Source: Phyllobates terribilis (taxonomy: Eukaryota). From it: a stretch of DNA of 64,000 bases. The position numbers and the translations under genes are program-made. Below the pieces are notes generated by a model. It had not been told where the DNA came from. It worked only from the letters and a program-made list of their open reading frames with translations, and searched no databases. Below are positions 1-12,177 of the stretch, one piece after another. The stretch is taken from the NCBI RefSeq assembly GCF_046119375.1, contig NW_027362761.1, positions 1,213,650,001 through 1,213,714,000 on the forward strand, in the 5' to 3' direction. The number at the start of each line of letters is the position of its first letter. The first letter of the stretch is position 1.

Positions 1-1697
1 GTCTTTTTAAAAGTCTGATGATGTTCTTGACTCCTACTGTTCAAAAGTCGAGAAGAAATCTTCCTCTTCTGTCTATATAGAACTGAAAAGTGCATTAGAT
101 TCTCTCTTTTTTTTTTTTTTCTGAAAATGTAACCGTGTGTTCTCATGGAGCCACGTCGTGCCATGGATGATGACCAGGCTCTTGTCAACCGGTGCCGAGC
201 TCTGCTCTTACATGCAGAAATAACGGGGATCCTGCAATTTCTCTCGTGCTGCTTCGCTCCTGTCTTGAGATCAGGAGTCCTGTTGAGCTCTTAAATACAG
301 TAGTTTTTTTACATTACCACTTGTTATAACCTCCAGCCCATAGAGAAATGTGTTTCAGGCGTTTAGTCGGTCTGCTGACTGATCTGCTGAAGTTTTCCAT
401 TTCAATCGGTTCCTCAGATCACACACGTTTCTGTCACCAGCCGTGGCCGGCGAGTTGACTCGGCTCAGCTAGTATCTCGTACAGAGATTGCTGCTCAGGA
501 AGTCTCTCTCAGCACTCACTGGCTGTGAAGCTTGAAAGGAGGCAGGGAGGAGGCGCGGCAACTGTCACTTTTTTTTTTTTTTTTTCCAGCTTTGATGGAA
601 GGTACAGACTTTCTACTACTACTCCTACAGCCGAGGAGTCACCAGCCGCCCAGCACTGAGCGCTTACTACGCAATAGCTCGGTCTGGGCAGACACCTCGG
701 CTGCTGGGCTTCCTATATTTTGAAGCGACTGCCACAAGAGGGACCTTCTGAGCGAAACTTTCCAATCTACTATAGCTGACACTACAAAGCTTATTGTTTT
801 ATTTTATTTTTTAAATTCTTAGGCTGCCAGCTCATATTCTAAGTAGGTATATCACTTGGAAGGTTGAGTACGTCTCTTGAGATTTTTCTCTTTTTTTTCA
901 TTTATTTATTTTTTTTATTTATTTATTTTTTTCTCTGCCAGTGATCAAGTTAGATGACTTGATTTTTCTGTAGTGGTGTTTTATATGTTGATATATATAG
1001 CGACCGGTGACAGTAGTTCTCAGGTGCCTTTTTGCGGTCGGTCACAATAACGATCTAGCCGGTTTGTGGTCTTCCACACTCACCGAGTAATCGTGTGCAT
1101 GGCCATCTAGTGTAAGTTTAGTCACGGTCTTGATAGGAATCATTTGACTGTCGGGTCTCCGTTATGTTCAATATCCATGCCGGTCATGATCACCCATCTC
1201 CACGTAACAGTGTGTGCTATGGCGCAATTAGGGAGACAGGCGTCAGCCGAAATAAGGTTACTTGGATGGTTATCTCTTGTTTCTTGGCCAGATTCACAAA
1301 TTAGGAATATTAACATGGGTTGGTCGTGGAGTGTTTAAAGCATGTGAGGCAGTGTGTTCGACGCCCGCGCTTCCCGACACCGTGCTGTAAATTTTTAAAC
1401 AGGACTAAGAGAGTTGCAGCTTTTAGCTGAATGAGAGGCCCCACACATCAGGCGAAAAGAGTAAAGGATCACTGATGCCCTCACCAGTAGTGTTGAGCCA
1501 CCCCCGTAGTGTTCGGGTTCGGTTCGGTTCGTCGAACACCGGGATGTTCGAGGAACTGTTCGTCGAACTGTTCGTTGAACACCTTAGAACACCGTCGAAC
1601 ACCGTTAAAACCAATGGCAGGCAAACAAAAACACATAGAAACACATAGAAAACACCTGCAAAGGTGTCCAAAAGCTGACAAACTGCTCAGAAGACAC

Positions 1698-2285
1698 TCT
1701 CTTTAAAAAAGCCGGCCGGCAAATTCAGCAGCGGCATACACCGGTACCCGACAATTTAGACAAGAAGGAATAGAGCATCACACATAGATTAGATAGATAG
1801 AAACATGTCAGTCACACATATAAGAAGCACAGTGACAGTGTTGGTTACTGCACTTGTCATTTAGTGTAAAGGATTTATTAAAAAAAATATTAGTGTTTTC
1901 ATGCACCGTCTCTTTAAAAAAGCCGCCCGGCAATTCAGCATCTGTACCCGACAATTTAGAACAGAAAGAATAGAGCTTCACACATAGATTAGATAGATAG
2001 AAACATGTCAGTCACATATATAATAAGTACAGTGACAGTGTTGCTTACTATACTTGTCATTTAGTGTAAAGGATTTATTTAAAAAAATAATAGTGTTTTC
2101 ATGCACTGTCTCTTTAAAAAAGCCGGCCGGCAATTCAGCAGCGGTACCCGACAATTTAGAACAGAAAGATAGAGCATCACACATAGATTAGATAGATAGA
2201 AACATGTCAGTCACATATATATGAAGTACAGTGATAGTGTTGGTTACTGTACTTGTCATTTAGTATTAAAATAAAGGATTTATTA
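1698..2285 (+). repeat. ~200-bp direct repeat x3 inside the hAT element, with two inverted copies at ~6345-6710
   Basis: TCTCTTTAAAAAAGCC at 1698, 1909 and 2109, each unit containing AGATTAGATAGATAG. Reverse-complement copies lie in the right arm. Confidence 0.85.
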
Positions 2286-5200
2286 TTAAAAAAATTGGCG
2301 TGGGGTTCCCCTTAATTTTAGGCTCTAGCGGAGGTTAAGCAGACGGCTGGGGCAGATGTTTGAAGCCTGGGAAGGGGGTAATACCCACGGAGCTTCCCAG
2401 GCTACTAATATCAGCCCCCAGCTGAATACATAGCCTTTACTAGCTATTAAAATGGGGGACCCCCCAAAAAAAATGACGTGGGGTCCCCCCTAATTTAATA
2501 GCTAGCAAAGGCTAGGCAGACAGCTGGGGGCTGATATTAATAGCCCAGGAAGGGAGCCATAAATATTGGCCCCCTCCCAGGCTAGAAACACCAGCCGTCA
2601 GCCGCCCCAGAAATGGCGCATTCATAGGATGCGCCAATTCTGGCACTTAGCCTCGCTCTTCCACGCTGCCCTGGTGCGGTGGCAGGGGGTAATAGGGTTG
2701 GGGTTGATGTCAGCTTATAATGCCAGCTGACATCAAGCCCAGGTTAGTAATGGAAAGGCGTCTATAAGACACCCCCCCATTACTAACCCCATAGTCAAAG
2801 TTAAAAAAAACACAAACACCCAGAATAAAGTCCTTTAATTGAAATAAAGACACAATCCTTTATTGTTCTAAATTAAACCATACTTACCATCACGCCCATT
2901 CCAGCTGAAGCCAACGATCTCCTGCAATAAAAGAAAAATAATAAAGCAACCTCATCCTTACCTTTCCATGGTTCCCACGACAGCTTCAGCTCTGCTACAT
3001 CGAGATGACAGGCTGGACCGCAGCAGAACGCTGCCATCCAGCCTGTCATCCCGCAGACACTGAGAAGCGCAGGCTTGCTTGCGCTGCTCAGCGTCTCTCT
3101 GTGACGACATCCAGATGAGCCGAGTTCATGTCCAATGAACTCGGCTCACCTCATGCACGTCACTGACAGCGTGGGAAAATTCTCACGCTGAAGCGCTGAT
3201 TGCAGGAGAATTTTCCCACGCTGTCAGTGACGTGCAGGAGGTGAGCTGAGTTCATTGGACATGAGCTCACCTCATACACATCACTGACAGCGTGGGAGAA
3301 TTCTCCTGCACTCAGCACTTCAGCGTGAGAATTTTCCCACGCTGTCAGTGACGTGCATGAGGTGAGCCGAGTTCATTGGACATGACCTCGGCTCATCTGG
3401 ATGCCGTCACAGCGAGACAGTGAGGAGCGCAAGCATGCCTGCGCTTCTCAGTGTCTGCGGGATGACAGACTGGATGGCAGCGTTCTGCTGCGGTCCAGCC
3501 AGTCATCTCGATGTAGCAGAGCTGAAGCTGTCGTGGGAACCATGGAAAGGTAAGGATGAGGTTGGTTTATTATTTTTCTTTTATTGCAGGAGATCGTTGG
3601 CTTCAGCTGGAATGGGTGTGATGGTAAGTATGGTTTAATTTAGAACAATAAAGAATTGTGTCTTTATTTCAATTAAAGGACTTTATTCTGGGTGTTGTGT
3701 TTTTTTTAAATACTTTACTAGAAATTCATGGCGGTCATGTCTAATACTGGCGTGACCCCATGAATTTTGGGCTTGGGGCCAGCTGATAATACCAAGCTGG
3801 CCCTAACCCCTTTATTACCCAGTGAGCCACCGCACCAGGGCCCTGGATGAGTTGGGTACAGTGCCAGAAGATGGCGCTTCTATGAACGCGCCATTTTCCG
3901 GGGTGGCTGCGGACTGCAATTTGTAGCGGGGGGGGGGGCCCAGAAAGCTTGGGCCTCCCTGCGCTGCAGATTCCAGCCCCCAGCTGCCTAGTTGTACCTG
4001 GCTGGACACAAAAATAGGGCGAAGCCCCACGTACTTTTTTTTTAATTATTTCATGAAATTCATGAAATAATTAAGAAAAAAAGGCCTTCCCTATATTGTT
4101 GTGTCCGGCCAGGTACAAATAGGCAGCTGGTTGATGGGGGCAGCCCGTTCCTGCCTGCTGTACCTGGCTGGACACAAATATAGTGCGAAGCCCCACTTCA
4201 ATTTTTTTAAATTATTTCAGGAAATTCATGAAATAATTTAAAAAAAATTGACGTGGGGCTTCGCACTATATTTGTGTCCAGCCAGGTACAGCAGGCAGGA
4301 ACGGGCTGCCCCCAACCACCAGCTGCCTATTTGTACCTGGCAGGACACAACAATATAGGGAAGCCCTTTTTTTCTTAATTATTTCATGAAATAATTTAAA
4401 GAAAATTGACGTGGGGCTTCGCCCTGTTTTTGTGTCCAGCCAGGTACAACTAGGCAGCTGGGGGCTGGAATCCGCAGCGCAGGGAGGCCCAAGCTTTCTG
4501 GGCCACCCCCGCTGCAAATTGCAGTCCGCAGCCACCCCGGAAAATGGCGCGCTCATAGAAGCGCCATCTTCTGGCGCTGTACCCAACTCATCCAGGGCCC
4601 TGATGCGGTGGCTCACTGGGTAATAAAGGGGTTAGGGCCAGCTTGGCATTATCAGCTGGCCCTAAGCCCGTAATTCATGGGGTCACGCCAATATTAGACA
4701 TGACCACCATGAATTTCTAGTAAAGTATTTAAAAAAAACACAACACCCAGAAAAAAGTCCTTTAATTGAAATAAACACACAATTCTTTATTGTTCTAAAT
4801 TAAACCATACTTACCATCACGCCCATTCCAGCTGAAGCCAACGATCTCCTGAAATAAAAGAAAAATAATAAAGCAACATCATCCTTACCTTTCCATGGTT
4901 CCCATGACAGCTTCAGCTCTGCTACATCGAGATGACAGGCTGGACCGCAGCAGAACGCTGCCATCCAGCGTGTCATCCCGCAGACACTGAGAAGCGCAGG
5001 CTTGCTTGCGCTCCACAGTGTCTCTCTGTGAGGGCATCCAGATGAGCCGAGTTCATGTCCAATGAACTCGGCTCACCTCATGCACGTCACTGACAGCGTG
5101 GGAAAATTCTCCTGCACTCAGCGCTTCAGCGTGGGAGAATTCTCACACTGAAGCGCTGAGTGCAGGAGAATTCTCCCATGCTGTCAGTGACGTGCAGGAG

Positions 5201-6710
5201 GTGAGCTGAGTTCATTGGACATGAGCTCACCTTATGCACGTCACTGACAGCATGGGAAAATTCTCCTGCACTCAGCGCTTCAGCGTGGGAGAATTCTCAC
5301 GCTGAAGCGCTGAGTGCAGGAGAATTCTCCCACGCTGTCAGTGACGTGCAGGAGGTGAGCTGAGTTCATTGGACATGAGCTCACCTTATGCAAGTCACTG
5401 ACAGCGTGGGAGAATTCTCCTGCACTCACCGGTTCAGCGTGAGAATTTTCCCACGCTGTCAGTGACGTGCATGAGGTGAGCCGAGTTCATTGGACATGAA
5501 CTCGGCTCATCTGGATGTCGTCACAGAGAGACGCTGAGCAGCGCAAGCAAGCCTGCGCTTCTCAGTGTCTGCGGGATGAGAGGCTGGATGGCAGCGTTCT
5601 GCTGCGGTCCAGCCTGTCATCTCGATGTAGCAGAGCTGAAGCTGTCGTGGGAACCATGGAAAGGTAAGGATGAGGTTGCTTTATTATTTTTCTTTTATTG
5701 CAGGAGATCGTTGGCTTCAGCTGGAATGGGCGTGACGGTAAGTATGGTTTAATTTAGAACAATAAAGGATTGTGTCTTTATTTCAATTAAAGGACTTTAT
5801 TCTGGGTGTTTGTGTTTTTTTTAACTTTGACTATGGGGTTAGTAATGGGGGTGTCTTATAGACGCCTCTCCATTACTAACCTGGGCTTGATGTCAGCTGG
5901 CATTATAAGCTGACATCAACCCCAACCCTATTACCCCCTGCCACCGCACCAGGGCAGCGTGGAAGAGCGAGGCTAAGTGCCAGAATTGGCGCATCCTATG
6001 AATGCGCCATTTCTGGGGCGGCTGACGGCTGGTGTTTCTAGCCTGGGAGGGGGCCCATATTCATGGCTCCCTTCCTGGGCTATTAATATCAGCCCCCAGC
6101 TGTCTGCCTAGCCTTTGCTAGCTATTAAATTAGGGGGGACCCCAAGTCATTTTTTTTGGGGGGTCCCCATTTTAATAGCTAGTAAAGGCTATGTATTCAG
6201 CTGGGGGCTGATATTAGTAGCCTGGGAAGCTCCGTGGGTATTACCCCCTTCCCAGGCTTCAAACATCTGCCCCAGCCGTCTGCTTAACCTCCGCTAGAGC
6301 CTAAAATTAAGGGGAACCCCACGCCAATTTTTTTAATAATAAATCCTTTATTTTAATACTAAATGACAAGTACAGTAACCAACACTATCACTGTACTTCA
6401 TATATATGTGACTGACATGTTTCTATCTATCTAATCTATGTGTGAAGCTCTATTCTGTCTGTTATAAATTGTTGGGTACCGCTGCTGAATTTCCGGCCGG
6501 CTTTTTTTAAAGAAACGGTGCATGAAAACACTATTATTTTTTTTGATAAATCCTTTACGCTAAATGACAAGTACAGTAAGCAGCACTTTCACTGTACTTA
6601 TTATATATGTGGCTGACATGTTTATATCTATCTAATCTATGTGTGAAGCTCTATTCTTTCGGTTCTAAATTGTCGGGTACCGGTGTATGCCGCTGATGAA
6701 TTGCCGGCTT
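1900..6710. repeat. Nested inverted repeats (palindrome of palindromes)
   Basis: Outer arms ~1900-2800 and ~5823-6710. Internal palindromes at 2803-3707 (centre ~3255), 3705-4733 (centre ~4220) and 4735-5822 (centre ~5280). The first and third are copies of each other. Confidence 0.9.
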
Positions 6711-7010
6711 TTCATGTTTCACTGTTGGCACTGTTCCCATCGATTTGGGCAATCACTGTAATGCCACAACCACCATGGCTGTGGCATTACAGTGAGTGGC
6801 AGACAATCCCTGCATGATTGGTGCTCTAAATAGCGCCAGACATGCAGGACACGCTTTTGGTGCACGAACAGTTATCGAACATAACCTCGAACAGCCGAAT
6901 TTTTTGCAAATCGTTCGGGTTCGTCGAACAACTCGAACACCGCCCAAAACAGCTCGAATTTGAGATTGGCGAACAGTTCTAGTCGAACACCGCTCATCTC
7001 TACTCACCAG

Positions 7011-7940
7011 TTCACCTCTGTGATTTATTTTTTCTGTGCTGCGTGCAACATTGTTCTAACAGTTTTTGCTCTATTAAATGATGAAAAACTAGATAAGAAC
7101 ATTTTAAAAAGAGCATTTTTTGATGAGAGTTATGGTCGTTCTTGGATAAGCCAGAGAGGTCCATGAAGGCTAGGTGAATTGTTATCGTTCGTCTTTTTGG
7201 GCAGATTCGCAAATTAGGAATATTAACATGGCTCGATCCTGGAGTGTTAAAAGCATGTGAGACTGGGTATACAACGTCCGCGCTTCCCGAATCCAAACTG
7301 TAAATTTTAAGCAGAATTAAAAGTCGCAACTACAGCTGAACGAGAGACCCAAATAAGGCAAAAGGAGCAGCATATCACTGACTCCGGCCCTGGTTCAACC
7401 CCTGTGACTCTTCTGTGCTGCGTCCAACCTTGACCTAACAGTTTTTGCTCTATTAAAGGGTGCAAAAAAAAATAGATGAGAACATTTTAAACAGAGCATT
7501 TTTGACGAGAGTTACGGTCGTTCTTGGATAAGCCAGAGAGGTCCACGAAGGCTAGGTGGATGGTTATCTCGTCTTTTTTCGCCAGATTCACAAATTAGGA
7601 ATATTAACATGGCTCGGTCCAGGAGTGTTAAAAGCGTGTGAGACTGGGCATACGACGTCCGTGCTTCCCAAATCTGAACTGTACATTTTAAACAGAATTA
7701 AAAGTTGCAGCTATAGCTGAATGAGAGACCCAAGTAAGGCGAAAAGGAGCAACATATCACTGACGCCGGCTCTGGTTCAACCCCTGTGACTCTTCTGTGC
7801 TGTGTGCAACCTTGACCTAACAGTTTTTGCACTATTAAAGGGTGCAAAAAAATATATAGACAAGAGTAAATCTAAAAAAAAAAGAGCATTTCTGACAAGA
7901 ATTACGTCCGTACCTGGATAAGCCACAGGGTTTCATACTG
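7011..7940 (+). repeat. Diverged ~385-bp repeats upstream of the interferon-like ORF (unit 1; 5' part at ~1240-1487)
   Basis: GGATAAGCC and CAAATTAGGAATATT recur at ~380-390-bp spacing. The block is split by the hAT insertion. Confidence 0.85.
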
Positions 7941-7960
7941 TGACAGCCTCTTTTAAAGAC

Positions 7961-8518
7961 ATGTCGTTGACAAATCACCTTTATATTTTCACATTTGTGG
8001 TGGTGGTGGCAGGTCCGATCTATGACGATGTCTGCAAATTACCTGAGCAAGAGAACTTAAAGCAGCTGCATAATGCTTTTGTGAAGGCGAGCTCGGCCGC
8101 CAACTGTTCCACGAATGCTGAGTTAGACGAAGAACAATCCGAGAATGAAGAGATGAGGATGAAATTTTGTAATACGGTCTCAAAGATGAGCGATGACGAA
8201 GTTGGTGTTGTTATACATGAAATTCTGTTATGGATAGAGGACAAACTAAAAAGTCTCTTGTGGTCCGATCGGCAAGAATATAGAAATGTGATGGAACTTT
8301 TGCAAATGCAGATAGATCTCACCACTTCTTGCCTATGAGCAACTAAAGCAAGACTCGTGTAATACAAAACAGCAAAGTACTTGTCTCCACAAGGGGATTT
8401 CGTCAAAGATGGCGAGCAATCGCCTTGCAACTTTAAGGTCGCGAACAGCAAGATAACCAGAAACCTTCTGCTGGCCGAACAAATGATCGCTAATGCATAG
8501 ACAAAGCAAAAGTACTGA
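7961..8518 (+). pseudogene. Type I interferon-like pseudogene (unit 1)
   Basis: Full-length homolog of 23195-23752 with CGA>TGA at 8336-8338, CAA>TAA, and a TAG near the 3' end. Confidence 0.75.
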
Positions 8519-10439
8519 AGAAGGCGAGCGGTGAAGCAGCGCGAGCGTCAAAAACAGGTCTCTGATTTTTGTTGTTCATCTTTATGTTTTTTTTTTAATT
8601 TTCTTTTCTGTTTTTTATTTTGTCAATGAAGCTTCAATAAATTCTGGTGTCAAAGGCGATTACTGTGCGGTGAATGTTTTATTTTGTTTTCACTTTTCTT
8701 TTTCTTTCAAGAGTTTTTCAAACACAACAGAACTGGGATGTGCTCGGCGCATATATATAACATTCGTTCACATACGGTCCTCGTGGAGCCTACGGCTCGG
8801 CCACATTACTCCTTTATAGCGTAAAAGATCTTTTGCTGTTGCTAAAATCATGAACTATATTTTTGCCCTTACATCTTGAGGTGGGTGGCAAGGAGAAAGA
8901 ATGAACAAGCGTGTGCTCTCGTTACCAGAGGAAATCTCTGTCTCCTTCCCATTCAAAACGGTTTTTACAATGTTTTTTTGATTTTCGGTCCCCCCCCACC
9001 ACCCCCTCCGCCTGTTCGTGTTTACAGCCGTTTTACATTTTTCTCATCATCTCAAAGTCTTATTCATGTTAGTTGACATCACGTACAGAGACGGTCGGAT
9101 TATGTCACTTGACTATATATGTATATATTAACAACCTGGGCTAAGCCTAAAACTGCAAAAATGAGACACAAAGGAAGGGTCTTTTTAAAAGTCTGATGAT
9201 GTTCTTGACTCCTAGTGTTGAAAAGTCGAGAAGAAATCTTCCTCTTCTGTCTATATAGAACTGAATAGTGCATTAGATTCTCTCATTTTTTTTTTTCTGA
9301 AAATGTAACCGTGTGTTCTCATGGAGCCGCGTCGTGCCATGGATGATGACCAGGCTCTTGTCAACCGGTGCCGAGCTCTGCTCTTACATGCAGAAATAAC
9401 GGGGATCCTGCAATTTCTCTCGTGCTGCTTCGCTCCTGTCTTGAGATCAGGAGTCCTGTTGAGCTCTTAAATACAGCAGTTTTTTACATTACCACTTGTT
9501 ATAACCTCCAGCCCATAGAGAAATGTGTTTCAGGCGTTTAGTCGGTCTGCTGACTGATCTGCTGAAGTTTTCCATTTCAATCGGTTCCTCAGATCACACA
9601 CGTTTCTGTCACCTGCAGTGGTCGGCGAGTGACTCGGCTCAGCTAGTATCTCGTACAGAGATTGCTGCTCAGGAAGTCTCTCTCAGCATTCACTGGCTGT
9701 GAAGCTTGAAAGGAGGCAGGGAGGAGGCGCGGCAACTGTCTCTTTTTTTTTTTTTTTTTTTTCAGCTTTGATGGAAGGTATAGACTTTCTACTACTGCTC
9801 CTACAGCCGAGGAGTCACCAGCCGCCCAGCACTGAGCGCTTACTACGCAATAGCTCGGTCTGGGCAGACACCTCGGCTGCTGGGCTTCCTATATTTTGAA
9901 GCGACTGCCACAAGAGGGACCTTCTGAGCGAAACTTTCCAATCTACTATAGCTGACACTACAAAGCTTATTGTTTTATTTTATTTTTTAAATTCTTAGGC
10001 TGCCAGCTCATATTCTAAGTAGGTATATCACTTGGAAGGTTGAGTACGTCTCTTGAGATTATTCTCTTTTTTTCATTTATTTTTCTTTATTTATTTATTT
10101 ATTTATTTTTTTTCTCTGCCAGTGATCAAGTTAGATGACTTGATTTTTCTGTAGTGGTGTTTTATATGTTGATATATATAGCGACCGGTGACAGTAGTTC
10201 TCAGGTGCCTTTTTGCTGTCGGTCACAATAACGATCTAGCCGGTTTGTGGTCTTCCACACTCACCGAGTAATCGTGTGCATGGCCATCTAGTGAAAGTTT
10301 AGTCACGGTCTTGATAGGAATCATTTGACTGTCGGGTCTCCGTTACGTTCAATATCCATGCCGGTCATGATCACCCATCTCCACGTAACAGTGTGTGCTA
10401 TGGCGCAATTAGGGAGACAGGCGTCAGCCGAAATAAGGT

Positions 10440-11600
10440 TACTTGGATGGTTATCTCTTGTTTCTTGGCCAGATTCACAAATTAGGAATATTAACATGGG
10501 TCGGTCGTGGAGTGTTTAAAGCATGTGAGGCAGTGTGTTCGACGCCCGCGCTTCCCGACACCGTGCTGTAAATTTTTAAACAGGACTAAGAGAGTTGCAG
10601 CTTTTAGCTGAATGAGAGGCCCCACACATCAGGCGAAAAGAGTAAAGGATCACTGATGCCCTCACCAGTTCACCTCTGTGATTTATTTTTTCTGTGCTGC
10701 GTGCAACATTGTGCTAACAGTTTTTGCTCTATTAAATGATGAAAAACTAGATAAGAACATTTTAAAAAGAGCATTTTTTGATGAGAGTTATGGTCGTTCT
10801 TGGATAAGCCAGAGAGGTCCATGAAGGCTAGGTGAATTGTTATCGTTCGTCTTTTTGGGCAGATTCGCAAATTAGGAATATTAACATGGCTCGATCCTGG
10901 AGTGTTAAAAGCATGTGAGACTGGGTATACAACGTCCGCGCTTCCCGAATCCAAACTGTAAATTTTAAGCAGAATTAAAAGTCGCAACTACAGCTGAACG
11001 AGAGACCCAAATAAGGCAAAAGGAGCAGCATATCACTGACTCCGGCCCTGGTTCAACCCCTGTGACTCTTCTGTGCTGCGTCCAACCTTGACCTAACAGT
11101 TTTTGCTCTATTAAAGGGTGCAAAAAAAAATAGATGAGAACATTTTAAACAGAGCATTTTTGACGAGAGTTACGGTCGTTCTTGGATAAGCCAGAGAGGT
11201 CCACGAAGGCTAGGTGGATGGTTATCTCGTCTTTTTTCGCCAGATTCACAAATTAGGAATATTAACATGGCTCGGTCCAGGAGTGTTAAAAGCGTGTGAG
11301 ACTGGGCATACGACGTCCGTGCTTCCCAAATCTGAACTGTACATTTTTAAACAGAATTAAAAGTTGCAGCTATAGCTGAATGAGAGACCCAAGTAAGGCG
11401 AAAAGGAGCAACATATCACTGACGCCGGCTCTGGTTCAACCCCTGTGACTCTTCTGTGCTGTGTGCAACCTTGACCTAACAGTTTTTGCACTATTAAAGG
11501 GTGCAAAAAAATATATAGACAAGAGTAAATCTAAAAAAAAAAGAGCATTTCTGACAAGAATTACGTCCGTACCTGGATAAGCCACAGGGTTTCACACTGT
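10440..11600 (+). repeat. Diverged ~385-bp repeats upstream of the interferon-like ORF (unit 2)
   Basis: GGATAAGCC at 10802, 11184 and 11575; CAAATTAGGAATATT at 10478, 10868 and 11249. The last partial repeat is the putative promoter/5'UTR of the ORF. The same block is at ~14095-15265 and, one repeat shorter, at ~17740-18525. Confidence 0.85.
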
Positions 11601-11619
11601 GACAGCCTCTTTTAAAGAC

Positions 11620-12177
11620 ATGTCGTTGACAAATCACCTTTATATTTTCACATTTGTGGTGGTGGTGGCAGGTCCGATCTATGACGATGTCTGCAAATTA
11701 CCTGAGCAAGAGAACTTAAAGCAGCTGCATAATGCTTTTGTGAAGGCGAGCTCGGCCGCCAACTGTTCCACGAATGCTGAGTTAGACGAAGAACAATCCG
11801 AGAATGAAGAGATGAGGATGAAATTTTGTAATACGGTCTCAAAGATGAGCGATAACGAAGTTGGTGTTGTTATACATGAAATTCTGTTATGGATAGAGGA
11901 CAAACTAAAAAGTCTCTTGTGGTCCGATCGGCAAGAATATAGAAATGTGATGGAACTTTTGCAAATGCAGATAGATCTCACCACTTCTTGCCTACGAGCA
12001 ACTAAAGCAAGACTCGTGTAATACAAAACAGCAAAGTACTTGTCTCCACAAGGGGATTTCGTCAAAGACGGCGAGCAATCGCCTTGCAACTTTAAGGTCG
12101 CGAACAGCAAGATAACCAGAAACCTTCTGCTAGCCGAACAAATGATCGCTAATGCAGAGACAAAGCAAAAGTACTGA
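11620..12177 (+). pseudogene. Type I interferon-like pseudogene (unit 2)
   Basis: Full-length homolog with a premature TAA at 12019-12021 (CAA in intact copies; shared with unit 1). Confidence 0.75.

Larger units (their letters stand above)
1488..7002. mobile_element. Non-autonomous hAT-type DNA transposon (5515 bp) with fold-back interior
   Basis: 8-bp TSD CTCACCAG at 1480-1487 and 7003-7010. Termini TAGTGTTGAGC and GCTCATCTCTA (reverse complement TAGAGATGAGC) are Ac-like. Subterminal GTTCG/CGAAC repeats. Empty sites with a single CTCACCAG at 10661, 14317 and 17961. No transposase ORF. Confidence 0.9.

Noticed and set aside
3420-6297. ORFs within the fold-back element (for example MGLRPIFV..., MSHRIRAL...)
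   Set aside because: Short, mostly non-ATG, mirrored on both strands because of the palindromes, and with no transposase motifs.
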